Below, one piece after another: positions 26,657 to 36,147 of a stretch of DNA of 50,803 bases; position 1 is the first letter of the stretch; every line of letters begins with the position of its first letter. The notes under the pieces were generated by a model. It did no database searches and was not told the DNA's origin. It worked only from the letters and a program-made list of their open reading frames with translations. The position numbers and the translations under genes were made by a program. Where the stretch lies: contig JAKEHD010000252.1 in the NCBI GenBank assembly GCA_022615215.1, positions 1-50,803 on the forward strand. Reading direction: 5' to 3'. This stretch comes from Blastocatellia bacterium (GTDB taxonomy: Bacteria; Acidobacteriota; Blastocatellia; UBA7656).

Positions 26657-28480
26657 ATGAAAGATTTCCGCATACTTCTCAAAAATGTCAGACCTTATGC
26701 AGGCTTGTTTGCGCTCGCTTTCATTTTGATGACCCTGGTCGGGTTGTTCGAAGCAGGTCGCACCGCTCTGCTCAAGCCCATGATAGATGACCTGTCAGGG
26801 GCTTCGCAGGTCACAGGCACAGGGCTTGCCGCTCGCATAGATATTCGCAGCTATTTTCCCGCAGGCACTAGTGCCTTGCCTCTGGTCGCGGCCTTGCTCG
26901 TCGTGTTTACATTCATACGCGGCACGTCCGAATATCTCTCTAATATCTTGATGTGGCGAATCGGAGTCGGCGTGGTCGTAGATCTTCGCCAGCGTCTGTA
27001 TGAACATGTGCTCGCTCAGTCTACCGAGTTCTTTACCGATCATCCGACCAACTCGCTCACCACGCACATAATCAGCGATGCCGAGAGGGTGCAGACCTCC
27101 GTATCGACTCTGCTTGCGGATATGCTGCGCGAGGGGCTGACCTTTCTTTCGCTCTTTACGCTCGTGCTCATACTGAACTGGCGATTGACGCTTATGGTCC
27201 TGCTTGTAGGCCCTGTGATCTATTTCCTGACTGTGAACTTCGGCCGCAGGCTGCGCCGCATATCGCATTCGACACAGGAAGGAACCGAAGATGTTCTGGA
27301 CATCGCTCAGGAGACCATCGCTGGCCATCGCATAGTGAAAGCGTTCGGAATGGAGGGATTCGAGAAGCGACGATTTCTCAAGGCACTGGTTCACCTGGCC
27401 GCCACACAGGTGCGCGCCGCGCGGGTCGTCTATCTCTCTTCGCCCATTTTAGAACTGGTCGGCGTGTTGATAGCCGCTGTCTTCGTGCTCTATGCGAAAC
27501 GCGAGATAGATAGCGGCGCGATGACTACGGGCATCTTTGCGACTTACATAGTCGCTATGCTTCAGATGTACGACCCTCTGCGCAGGCTCTCGCGCATACA
27601 GAATTTCTTTCAACAATCCTTTGCCGCAACCGCGCGCATATATTCGCTGCTCGATACTCACACGGAAAAACGCGACCGTGAAGACGCCGTAGAAATAACT
27701 TCGCTCGAAGACCGCATAGAATTCCGCGATGTCTCGTTCAAGTATCAGGATTCTGCCGATTCAGTCTTGAGGAGAGTAAATATGCTGGTTCAACGCGGCG
27801 AGGTCGTGGCCCTTGTGGGACTATCGGGCGCGGGAAAGACTACGATTACGAATCTGCTCATGCGTTTCTACGATGCGACCGAGGGCGAAATCCTTATAGA
27901 CGGTCTAAACATTCAAGATGCCCGGCTCGCAAGCCTGCGCTCTCAGATCGCGCTGGTCACTCAGGACGTTATACTCTTCAACGACTCTATCATTAATAAT
28001 ATAGCCTACGGGCGTCCCGACCTCGACCGCGAGCGTATAGAGGCGGCTGCTCGCGCCGCTTATGCGCACGACTTCATAATGGAGCGCGGCGGATACGATA
28101 CACTGATAGGCGAACGCGGCGTCAAGCTTTCGGGCGGCGAGCGACAGCGGCTCGCCATTGCGAGGGCGCTTGCCAAAGATGCTCCTATACTCGTGCTCGA
28201 TGAAGCGACCTCGGCGCTCGACACTCAATCCGAACGCCTGGTCCAGAGGGCGCTTGCGAATCTTATGCGCGGGCGCACGACCATAGTGATAGCACACCGC
28301 CTGACGACCATACATCGTGCAGACCAGATAGTCGTGCTCGACCGGGGCCGTGTGGTCGACGTGGGGACGCACGATGAATTGATGTCGCGCGGCGGAATTT
28401 ATAAAGACCTCTATGAGCTTCAGTTTTCAGACGAAGCTGTGACACTGGACGAAGTGGTGCTCGGAGAAGAGAAAGGGTGA
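26657..28480 (+). CDS. ABC transporter permease/ATP-binding protein, MsbA-like exporter
   Basis: An N-terminal 6-TM domain is fused to an NBD carrying Walker A (GLSGAGKTT), the signature LSGGERQRLAIARAL and Walker B (ILVLDEATSALD). Confidence 0.9.
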   Translation: MKDFRILLKNVRPYAGLFALAFILMTLVGLFEAGRTALLKPMIDDLSGASQVTGTGLAARIDIRSYFPAGTSALPLVAALLVVFTFIRGTSEYLSNILMWRIGVGVVVDLRQRLYEHVLAQSTEFFTDHPTNSLTTHIISDAERVQTSVSTLLADMLREGLTFLSLFTLVLILNWRLTLMVLLVGPVIYFLTVNFGRRLRRISHSTQEGTEDVLDIAQETIAGHRIVKAFGMEGFEKRRFLKALVHLAATQVRAARVVYLSSPILELVGVLIAAVFVLYAKREIDSGAMTTGIFATYIVAMLQMYDPLRRLSRIQNFFQQSFAATARIYSLLDTHTEKRDREDAVEITSLEDRIEFRDVSFKYQDSADSVLRRVNMLVQRGEVVALVGLSGAGKTTITNLLMRFYDATEGEILIDGLNIQDARLASLRSQIALVTQDVILFNDSIINNIAYGRPDLDRERIEAAARAAYAHDFIMERGGYDTLIGERGVKLSGGERQRLAIARALAKDAPILVLDEATSALDTQSERLVQRALANLMRGRTTIVIAHRLTTIHRADQIVVLDRGRVVDVGTHDELMSRGGIYKDLYELQFSDEAVTLDEVVLGEEKG

Positions 28481-28522
28481 ATAAGACTCTCTTTTTCAGC
28501 CTCTTCTCTTTATAATGAACTT

Positions 28523-29398
28523 ATGATTAAAAGCATGACCGGGTTCGGGCAGGGAAGCGCCGAGGGCGACACCTTCAAGGTGAGAGTCGACATTCGCTCC
28601 GTCAACAATCGCTTTCTCGACATTCAGGCGAGGCTGCCGCAGGAACTGGCAAGCCTCGAAGTGATGGTCAAAAAACATATACATGCCGCGCTTCAACGCG
28701 GGCGAGTCGAAGTGACGATTGCCGTGGAGCAATTGAAAGAAGCCTCTTTCGAGATCAACCGGCCGTTGGTGTCGGGTTATCTCTCCGCTCTGACGAGGCT
28801 CAGGTCCGAGTTCGGACTGGAGGACGAGCCGTCGCTCGAACTGATAGCGAAACTGCCGGGAGCGTTGCAGGTGTCTCAGGATTCGGGCCGACTCGACGAA
28901 AACCTCGTGAACGGAGTCCTTGAGGCGCTCTCCGGGGCGCTCGCGGTGCTCGTCGATATGCGCGCGGCCGAAGGCCAGGAGCTTGCCGTCGAACTAAATG
29001 CGCGGCTCGATATCATCGAAGGTCAGTTGCCGACTATCGAAGCGGAAGCCGAGAAGCTTCCCGGCATCTATCGCGAAAAGCTTATGAAGCGGATTCAGGA
29101 ACTGGTCGTAGGCGGAGAGGTCGAAGAGACCCGACTGGCCCAGGAGTCCGTTATGCTTGCCGACCGTAGCGACATAAGCGAAGAGATCGCGCGCCTCAAG
29201 AGCCACATATCTCAGATGCGCGAATTCGTACAGACCGATGGAGAGGTGGGCAAGCGGCTCGACTTCATATTGCAGGAGATGAACCGCGAGGCCAACACCG
29301 TACTCTCGAAGTCGGGCGATCTGGCCATAAGCGATGCGGCCATAATAATAAAGACCGAAGTGGAGAAGCTCAGGGAGCAGGTGCAGAATGTCGAATGA
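28523..29398 (+). CDS. yicC: YicC family stress-induced protein
   Basis: N-terminus MIKSMTGFG and C-terminal block FILQEMNREANTVLSKS. 291 aa. Confidence 0.9.
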   Translation: MIKSMTGFGQGSAEGDTFKVRVDIRSVNNRFLDIQARLPQELASLEVMVKKHIHAALQRGRVEVTIAVEQLKEASFEINRPLVSGYLSALTRLRSEFGLEDEPSLELIAKLPGALQVSQDSGRLDENLVNGVLEALSGALAVLVDMRAAEGQELAVELNARLDIIEGQLPTIEAEAEKLPGIYREKLMKRIQELVVGGEVEETRLAQESVMLADRSDISEEIARLKSHISQMREFVQTDGEVGKRLDFILQEMNREANTVLSKSGDLAISDAAIIIKTEVEKLREQVQNVE

Positions 29399-30095
29399 AA
29401 TCTGCCCAACGGATGAGAGCGCCCGCACAGGTTCGCCTGAGAGCACAGGCGAACCAAGAAAGAAGTCTTTATGCGGCAACCTCATAGTTGTGTCTGCGCC
29501 GTCGGGGGCAGGGAAGTCTACGCTCGTGGAGATGGCGATTGCCCGCGTGGATCGACTGCGCTATTCGATATCGTATACGACGCGAAAGGCTCGCGGAACC
29601 GAGCGTCATGGAGTAAATTATTATTTTGTGCAGGAGCCGGAATTTCTCGCCATGCGAGAACGCGGCGAGTTTTTGGAATCAGCCGAGGTGCATGGCTACC
29701 TCTACGGCACGCCCGCGGCCGAGACCTCGGCTATGATGGCTGAGGGTTTGGACGTGATACTGGACATAGATGTGCAGGGGGCGACCCAGATACGCCACCG
29801 GCTGCCTGAAGCAATAACGGTCTTTATACTGCCCCCATCTTATGAAGCTCTTGAGCGGCGGCTGAGATCGCGCAACCTGAACGAGCCTGCCGACCTTGAA
29901 CTCAGATTGCTTAACGCCCTCGGCGAGGTCAGGCTCTATGAGCAGTTCAAGTACGTTATTGTGAATGATGATCTCGAAGAGGCAGTGCGGTCGCTTGAAG
30001 CCATAATAGTGGCCGAGCGCCATCGCCCGGAACGTCAGAGGTCGGCCGCTCGAAACATATTATCCACATTCGGAGGTGAATCGCTTCATGCCTGA
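29388..30095 (+). CDS. gmk: guanylate kinase (with N-terminal extension)
   Basis: P-loop SAPSGAGKSTL, then SYTTRKARGTERHGVNYYFV. Overlaps the yicC stop by 11 nt. Confidence 0.9.
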   Translation: MSNEICPTDESARTGSPESTGEPRKKSLCGNLIVVSAPSGAGKSTLVEMAIARVDRLRYSISYTTRKARGTERHGVNYYFVQEPEFLAMRERGEFLESAEVHGYLYGTPAAETSAMMAEGLDVILDIDVQGATQIRHRLPEAITVFILPPSYEALERRLRSRNLNEPADLELRLLNALGEVRLYEQFKYVIVNDDLEEAVRSLEAIIVAERHRPERQRSAARNILSTFGGESLHA

Positions 30096-30306
30096 AGATA
30101 AGAACGAAGAGAATTGGACGACGGAAATAGACAGCAAATATCGTTTGGTTTTGCTTGCCGCAAGGCGCAGCAAGCAACTCCAAAGAGGCGCCAAACCCCG
30201 CGTGCAGAGTTCTGCCAGAAAGAATACTCGCATAGCCCTCGAAGAGGTTGAACGCGGGTTGGTGCAATACAGGAATATTAAAAAAGAGACGGCGGCAGAA
30301 GGTTAA
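30088..30306 (+). CDS. rpoZ: DNA-directed RNA polymerase subunit omega
   Basis: KYRLVLLAARRSKQLQRGAKPRV is the core motif. The ATG at 30088 has GGAGGTG upstream and overlaps the gmk stop by 8 nt. The track start at 30076 is GTG. Confidence 0.85.
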   Translation: MPEDKNEENWTTEIDSKYRLVLLAARRSKQLQRGAKPRVQSSARKNTRIALEEVERGLVQYRNIKKETAAEG

Positions 30307-30312
30307 TCAAGG

Positions 30313-30385
30313 AAAAAGTAAAAAGTAAAAAGTAAGAGTGCGGACCTCTTCACTTTCACCTTGACTGACCACTGACCACTGCCTT
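30313..30385. repeat. heptamer arrays (AAAAAGT x3, CTGACCA x2)
   Basis: At 30313-30340: aaaaagt x3 then aagagtg. At 30365-30385: ctgacca ctgacca ctgcctt, where ctgacca is the reverse complement of the CAGTGGT unit seen at 18110 and 41965. Lies between rpoZ and coaBC. Confidence 0.85.
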
Positions 30386-30410
30386 TTTGCCTTCTTGATG
30401 CGAAGAGATC

Positions 30411-31652
30411 ATGAGAGTCACTCTCGGAGTCACCGGTTGCATAGCGGCTTATAAGGCCGTAGAGGTCATGCGCGGCTTGCAGAAGAGCGGCGCATCTGTG
30501 CAGGTCGTGATGACTCGCAATGCCGCGAATTTCGTCGGCCCGCTCACGTTTCAAGCCATCTCCGGTCTCCCTGTGATAACTGAAATGTTCGAGCCGACCG
30601 CCGACCCCGAGATCAAGCACATTCAGATAGCCCAGGCTACCGATCTTCTGCTAGTCGCTCCGGCGACGGCCAACGCGCTGGCAAAGTTCGCAAACGGAAT
30701 CGCGGATGATTTTCTCTCGACGCTCTATATCTCGACGACTGCGCCTGTGCTCGTCGCGCCCGCTATGAACGTGGAGATGTGGGCGCACCCGGCCACGCGC
30801 GACAACGTGCGCAGGCTGAGAGAACGAGGCGTGGAATTCGTAGACCCCGGCGAGGGTTATCTCGCCTGCCGCACGGTGGGCGCGGGCCGTCTGGCTGCGC
30901 CCGAAGATATAGTCGGTCGCGCGCTCGCAATGCTCGGTCGCAATGAGATCGCTCGAATGCCTGAAGCCGGAGCGATAGAATCCGACATGGCGGGCGAGCG
31001 CGTCCTGATCACTGCGGGACCGACTTATGAGGCCATAGACCCTGTGCGCGGTCTGACCAACAGGTCTTCAGGAAGGATGGGATACGCGCTTGCGGAAGCC
31101 GCGCTCGCGCGCGGAGCCTATGTCACGCTTGTGACCGGACCCGTCTCGCTTGCGCCCCCGGCGGGCGCGCGAGTGTCGAATGTGAAATCTGCGGCCGATA
31201 TGTGTGCTGCCGTCATGGACGATCTCGCCGATGCAACCATAGTTGTAATGGCGGCTGCGGTTGCTGATTTTCGCCCCATCAGTGTGGCAGAACAGAAGAT
31301 CAAAAAGACCGGTTCAGGTCTCATGATCGAGCTTGAACAGACCGAAGATATACTTGCCGCGATCGTCCGCGCAAAGCATTCACAGGTGGTCGTGGGCTTT
31401 GCGGCCGAGACCGAGGATGTTACGGAGAACGCTCGCAAAAAACTGCTTGAGAAGGGAGCAGACCTCATCGTTGCCAATGATGTATCGTCGCAGGATTCGG
31501 GGTTCGATGTGGAGACCAACCGGATCATTCTGGTGTCGCAGGAAGATGTGGTCGAGATGCCTTTGATGGCAAAACGCGAAGCCGCAGAGCGTGTACTCGA
31601 TGCCGCGATGAAGATCAAAAGAGATGCGCTTTCCCCGGCAGCCGCTCAATAA
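30411..31652 (+). CDS. coaBC: bifunctional phosphopantothenoylcysteine decarboxylase / phosphopantothenate-cysteine ligase
   Basis: Flavoprotein N-domain (ITLGVTGCIAAYKA, PAMNVEMW) and DFP C-domain (ITAGPTYEAIDPVRGLTNRSSGRMG). 413 aa. Confidence 0.93.
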   Translation: MRVTLGVTGCIAAYKAVEVMRGLQKSGASVQVVMTRNAANFVGPLTFQAISGLPVITEMFEPTADPEIKHIQIAQATDLLLVAPATANALAKFANGIADDFLSTLYISTTAPVLVAPAMNVEMWAHPATRDNVRRLRERGVEFVDPGEGYLACRTVGAGRLAAPEDIVGRALAMLGRNEIARMPEAGAIESDMAGERVLITAGPTYEAIDPVRGLTNRSSGRMGYALAEAALARGAYVTLVTGPVSLAPPAGARVSNVKSAADMCAAVMDDLADATIVVMAAAVADFRPISVAEQKIKKTGSGLMIELEQTEDILAAIVRAKHSQVVVGFAAETEDVTENARKKLLEKGADLIVANDVSSQDSGFDVETNRIILVSQEDVVEMPLMAKREAAERVLDAAMKIKRDALSPAAAQ

Positions 31653-31665
31653 GAAGGTTCGCGCA

Positions 31666-31682
31666 TAAAGATTTCTTTCTTA
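31666..31682 (+). repeat. 17-mer TAAAGATTTCTTTCTTA, copy 2
   Basis: Exact match to 18119-18135. Lies 14 nt after the coaBC stop. Confidence 0.95.
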
Positions 31683-31861
31683 TTTCGCCTTCTTTTCGCT
31701 TATATTTCAACAGTTATCGCTGATCGCTTCTGGTAGGAACCGCGCGTCCGGTTTGAGGAAATACGGGCCTCTCGAAATGTCTTTGCGCTTGTGTGCTTGT
31801 GATCGGGAAACGTCCGCTTGAATCCCTGGCTTCTTCTATGACCGGGGAGATAAGGCCCTTT

Positions 31862-32032
31862 TCATTGGCTTCTTAAAGACTCGGTAAGAGTGGCAAGGGT
31901 TCTGGCCTTGCGCTCTTTATATTCGTCGACCCATGCCTGTGTGGAATCTATGAGTCGGCCGATTGAAGGAGCCTTGGGCGGTTCGTTATTATTCTTTGGT
32001 TGTTGGTCTCGCTTAATCAATTTGATTGCCAT
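31862..32032 (-). CDS. possible small basic protein (56 aa)
   Basis: The ATG at 32032 has a GAGAGG RBS. The product is MAIKLIKRDQQPKNNNEPPK...WVDEYKERKARTLATL. I recognised no family, so this is weak. Confidence 0.3.
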   Translation of the reverse strand: MAIKLIKRDQQPKNNNEPPKAPSIGRLIDSTQAWVDEYKERKARTLATLTESLRSQ

Positions 32033-32081
32033 CGATTTATACCTCTCGATTGAGTTGCTCAATTTATACCTGTTGATTGAG
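32033..32081. repeat. 22-nt direct repeat x2 covering the RBS region of the small ORF
   Basis: cgatttatacctctcgattgag (32033-32054) and caatttatacctgttgattgag (32060-32081) match at 19 of 22 positions. Confidence 0.8.
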
Positions 32082-32584
32082 TCGCTCGATAAAATAAGTA
32101 GCAATTAGAATGCCACAGCCGGATCAAGGAATACACGAGTCAAAATAAAGGGGACCAAATAAGATATTGAAAGGGCGGCACACGGAATCGTAACATCGTT
32201 TTACGATTTCAGTAAAGCGATTCGATCAACGGCTCGAAAGATAGTGCTGCCGGACGATCTCGGAACGGAGTCCTGACGGTCGGCAAGCGTTCAGGCGCAT
32301 TTTGTAACCTCAGTTTAACATTTATTGTCGTCATTTTATGAATTTTGAACGGCTAAAGCCTTGATTCTGCAACGAGTAGAGGCTACCATAAAGCAAGGGA
32401 TTTATCGGGCGGCCGGATGATAATGCCGAATGGGCATACAGAAACATGAAAACCGGAAATGTGCGGATACGAAACGTTTTGAATCTCCAGGCAGTGATAA
32501 CGGTTTGGCGGCGGCCGCCGCTAAGGAGCGGCCGAGGACCGACCGAGCGCGATGATTGTTTCATAGAAGGCTGATCTTGCGCGA

Positions 32585-32601
32585 TAAGAAAGAAATCTTT
32601 A
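32585..32601 (-). repeat. 17-mer TAAAGATTTCTTTCTTA, copy 3 (reverse orientation)
   Basis: The plus strand reads taagaaagaaatcttta. Lies about 160 nt upstream of the cdaA start. Confidence 0.95.
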
Positions 32602-32758
32602 AGTGCCCCTGCGCATTTTCATTAATGACTGCGGAGCGATTCTCAGGGAAGGTGCCCCGGATGTAGGAAGGGTTTCAGGTAAATGATCCGCGCCGAGTGG
32701 AGCCGGATTTGCTGAAACGTAAGCTTTATTTCGTAATGGCGGGAGCCGCGATACCCGA

Positions 32759-33634
32759 ATGACCCGTTCTATAGAGCTGATAGAGTTTTTCAAGCAACTT
32801 CGTTTGACCGACCTGGTGGACTTTCTGGTCGTCTGGGCGATCATTTACGGATTGCTGAAGCTTGTGCGAGGAACCCGCGCCGTGCAGATGGCCATAGGGG
32901 TGTTGGGTGTCGGACTGCTCTATCAAATGTCGGTTTATTTCGGACTGGAAACGCTCCAGTTCGTCATGCGCAACATGCTGCTTTACTTCGGGTTTGCGAT
33001 ACTGGTCATCTTCGCGCCTGAAATACGGTCGGCGTTGATGCGCGTCGGAACCAATCTGCGAAGCCCTATAAGATTCGGCCGCTCGAAGGCGGTCCAGGAC
33101 ACCTGGGATGAGATAGTCCTTGCCGCGCAGACGCTCTCCTCGCGCAAGACCGGCGCTCTCATAGTCCTTGAGCGCAACGTCGGTCTCCAGAATTACATCG
33201 ACACGGGCGTACTGCTTGAAGCGGCGCTTTCTTATGATTTGCTGGTAACAGTATTCGACACACACACGCCGCTGCACGATGGGGCCGTGATAATACGCAA
33301 TCATCGAATCGCCGCCGCCAGTTGCTTCCTGCCGCTCACGCTCAACCCCAGGCTCTCTAAAGAGCTTGGCACCCGGCACAGGGCCGCCATCGGTGTGACT
33401 GAAGACACGGATGCCGTGGCAGTCGTGGTCAGCGAAGAGACAGGCATCATCTCTTTTGTGGAGAAGGGGGAGATCACTCGCTATCTCGACAGTTCGCGCC
33501 TGCGCGAATTGCTGCGCCGCTCGCTTGAGCCTGCGCGTCCCTTTCGAGAAGCCATACGTCCGAGACGGCGCTCTCGCCGCGCCGCCGTGCCCGGTCCCGA
33601 CAGGGAACAGGTGAGCGAGACATACATCAAGTGA
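32759..33634 (+). CDS. cdaA: diadenylate cyclase CdaA
   Basis: Three N-terminal TM helices are followed by a DAC domain: TGALIVLERNVGL, HDGAVIIRNHRIAAASCFLPLT, LGTRHRAAIGVTEDTDAVAVVVSEETG. Confidence 0.92.
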   Translation: MTRSIELIEFFKQLRLTDLVDFLVVWAIIYGLLKLVRGTRAVQMAIGVLGVGLLYQMSVYFGLETLQFVMRNMLLYFGFAILVIFAPEIRSALMRVGTNLRSPIRFGRSKAVQDTWDEIVLAAQTLSSRKTGALIVLERNVGLQNYIDTGVLLEAALSYDLLVTVFDTHTPLHDGAVIIRNHRIAAASCFLPLTLNPRLSKELGTRHRAAIGVTEDTDAVAVVVSEETGIISFVEKGEITRYLDSSRLRELLRRSLEPARPFREAIRPRRRSRRAAVPGPDREQVSETYIK

Positions 33635-33640
33635 CGTTTT

Positions 33641-34606
33641 ATGGACAAAGTGCGATACTATCTGAACTGGCTGAAAGAGTATGGCAAGGACTACGTTCTT
33701 GAGAATACGGCCTTGAAGTTCCTTGCGCTGTTGATCACAGCCGTTTTGTGGCTTTCGGTCGGGTCTCGCCCGGTCAGCCAGATACCCCTGCCGAATGTGC
33801 CTATAGTATTTCACAATCTGCCCGACACGCGCGTTATGACCATTTCCAGTTACGACACGCTTTCGGCCAGGGTCTACCTTCAAGGTCCGCGCGATGTGCT
33901 CGATACGATTCGCTCAAGCGAGTTGACCGTTGTGGCCGATCTTTCGGGAGTCGAGCCGGGCGTGCGTGTCATACCGCTCAAACTGGACCGCTCACGGCTG
34001 CCTGCAAGCGTCGAGGAAGAGAGCATAGACCCTCGCAATATACGCATCACTCTGGAGCGGGTCGTAGAAAGAGAGGTGGTGGTCATCCCGCGTTTCGACG
34101 GCAAACCGCCCGAAGGATATGAGTTCATCAGGTGGAGCATAATCCCTCCGAGCATTCAGATATTCGGGGCCGAGAGCCAGGTCGAGGGGACCAACTCCGT
34201 CTCTACGGAGACTGTGAGCCTGAGAGGGAAGACGCGGACCTTCAGCGATATGGTGGCGATAGATCTGGGGTCTCCGAACATCAATGTGGGCGATGAGAGC
34301 AACCGGAAAGTCCTGCTGACGGTCGAGATTGATGAGATGCGCAAGGAGCGCGTGATAGAAAATGTGCCGGTCACGATAAATGGAGGCCCTCCGTCCGCAC
34401 AGGCCGTGCCTAGATCGGTCAGGGTGACGCTCTTCGGCGCTGAATCGATCATAGGGGAGATAACGCCTGACGACCTTATCGTATCGGTCGATTATCAAGC
34501 GGCCTCTGATGGAAGGGGCGGCCGTGTGCCGACCGCCACCCTCAAGCGGTTCGGCGAGCGCGTCATGGTGCGTTCGATAACGCCCGGCACCATTCGCATC
34601 AGATGA
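33641..34606 (+). CDS. cdaR: YbbR-domain protein, CdaA regulator
   Basis: 321 aa with an N-terminal TM helix and repeated YbbR-like beta modules. Its position directly after cdaA and before glmM matches the known cdaA-cdaR-glmM operon. Confidence 0.8.
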   Translation: MDKVRYYLNWLKEYGKDYVLENTALKFLALLITAVLWLSVGSRPVSQIPLPNVPIVFHNLPDTRVMTISSYDTLSARVYLQGPRDVLDTIRSSELTVVADLSGVEPGVRVIPLKLDRSRLPASVEEESIDPRNIRITLERVVEREVVVIPRFDGKPPEGYEFIRWSIIPPSIQIFGAESQVEGTNSVSTETVSLRGKTRTFSDMVAIDLGSPNINVGDESNRKVLLTVEIDEMRKERVIENVPVTINGGPPSAQAVPRSVRVTLFGAESIIGEITPDDLIVSVDYQAASDGRGGRVPTATLKRFGERVMVRSITPGTIRIR

Positions 34607-34643
34607 CGCGAGAGAAAAAAGAGGAGAGAAGGGTGCGTCCTGG

Positions 34644-36032
34644 ATGGCGCGAGGCGCTGTGAATAAATTGTTCGGGACTGACGGAATAAGAGGGGTGGCG
34701 GGCGAGTACCCGCTCGACACGTATTCTGTCGAAAAGATCGGCCGGGCGCTGGCCGCAACCCTTGCGCGCGACCTCACACACACGCCCGAAATCATAATCG
34801 GCCGCGACACACGTGAATCAGGACCGCAGATAGAGAGAGCCATTGCGCAGGGCGCTCGGGCGGCAGGCGCTCGCATCGAATCGGCAGGCGTAATTACCAC
34901 ACCAGGCATCGCCTATATAACACGCCTTTCAGGGTTCGATGCCGGAATCGTGATCTCGGCTTCGCACAATCCGTATCAGGATAACGGCATCAAAGTCTTC
35001 ACACGGTCGGGCCGGAAACTGCCCGACGAGATGGAACGCAGGATAGAAGAAGAGGTGGCCCGAGAGGATGCCGGTCGAATCTCAGAGTCTGATAGCTTTG
35101 CCGAAACCGGCGAAGCATTACATCAGACGGTTTCCCGACCCGTAGATTATCGCGAACGATATTTGAATTATCTTGTCAGTGTGATCGGGCGCGATCTCGA
35201 TCTGAGCGGTATGCGCATCGCGCTCGATTGCGCGAACGGCGCGGCCTCCGGCCTCGCGCCAGAGCTGTTCGAGCGGCTCGGAGCAGACCTTCATGTGATG
35301 GCGGCCTCGCCCGACGGCCGCAATATAAACGAGAACTGCGGGTCGACGCATCTCGAAGGCTTGAAGCACGCGGTCATCGAGCGAAGGCTCGACCTCGGCA
35401 TCGCTTTCGATGGCGATGCCGACCGCGCGTTGCTGGTCGATGCACAGGGGGAGCTTGTAGACGGAGACCGTATGCTTCTGATACTGGCCGATTATATGAA
35501 ATCGCGCGGGCAGCTTGCGGGAAATCTCGTGGTCGCAACGGTGATGAGCAACATCGGCCTTGAGGTGGCCTTTAGGGAAAGGGGCATAGAGATGGTTCGC
35601 GCGCAGGTGGGCGACCGCTACGTGCTTGAGGAGATGCTTGCACGAGGTGCCAGACTCGGCGGCGAGCAATCGGGCCATATCATCTTTCCCGACATTTCGC
35701 TCGCAGGGGATGGAATGATCACCGCCCTGGAGATGCTGCGCGCCGTCTGCGAATCGGGTCGTTTGATCGCCGAACTTGCATCGGCGATGAAGCGGTTTCC
35801 TCAGATACTCTTGAACGTCCGCGTGCGAAGCAAACCGCCCATCGAGACCCTGCCCCGCGTAAGTGCGGAAATCCGTCGGCTCGAAGAAGAGATGCAAGGA
35901 CGGGGGCGTCTGCTCGTTCGATACTCAGGCACCGAAAATCTTGCTCGCGTAATGATTGAAGGTGAAGACCTGAAGACTATAGAAGAGCAGGCAACCCGGC
36001 TCGCTTCGGTTATCGAAAGCGTGATCGGTTGA
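34644..36032 (+). CDS. glmM: phosphoglucosamine mutase
   Basis: LFGTDGIRG, active-site ISASHNPYQDNGIK, FDGDADR, GGEQSGH. 462 aa. Confidence 0.95.
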   Translation: MARGAVNKLFGTDGIRGVAGEYPLDTYSVEKIGRALAATLARDLTHTPEIIIGRDTRESGPQIERAIAQGARAAGARIESAGVITTPGIAYITRLSGFDAGIVISASHNPYQDNGIKVFTRSGRKLPDEMERRIEEEVAREDAGRISESDSFAETGEALHQTVSRPVDYRERYLNYLVSVIGRDLDLSGMRIALDCANGAASGLAPELFERLGADLHVMAASPDGRNINENCGSTHLEGLKHAVIERRLDLGIAFDGDADRALLVDAQGELVDGDRMLLILADYMKSRGQLAGNLVVATVMSNIGLEVAFRERGIEMVRAQVGDRYVLEEMLARGARLGGEQSGHIIFPDISLAGDGMITALEMLRAVCESGRLIAELASAMKRFPQILLNVRVRSKPPIETLPRVSAEIRRLEEEMQGRGRLLVRYSGTENLARVMIEGEDLKTIEEQATRLASVIESVIG

Positions 36033-36147
36033 GACCCCGTAAGCCGAGTGGCTCCCCAACTCGTGGGAAGTCTTCCCCTTGACCGGGCCGTGTGCTTGCA
36101 ATAAGATCAAACAGGACTGCTCTCATCGCCCGACCTCGGAGGTAAAT

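Noticed and set aside
32140-32300. Weak resemblance to the ydaO/c-di-AMP riboswitch (AAGGGGACCAAA, CACGGAATCG, GTCCTGACGGTCGGCAAGCGTT), which was tempting because cdaA lies downstream.
   Set aside because: The matches to the consensus blocks are partial. I could not build the pseudo-symmetric helices by eye. The element would sit more than 450 nt from cdaA. A covariance-model scan is needed before any claim.
32726-33883. 385-aa minus-strand ORF.
   Set aside because: It is antisense to cdaA, whose DAC-domain motifs are unambiguous. Its composition is typical of a shadow ORF.
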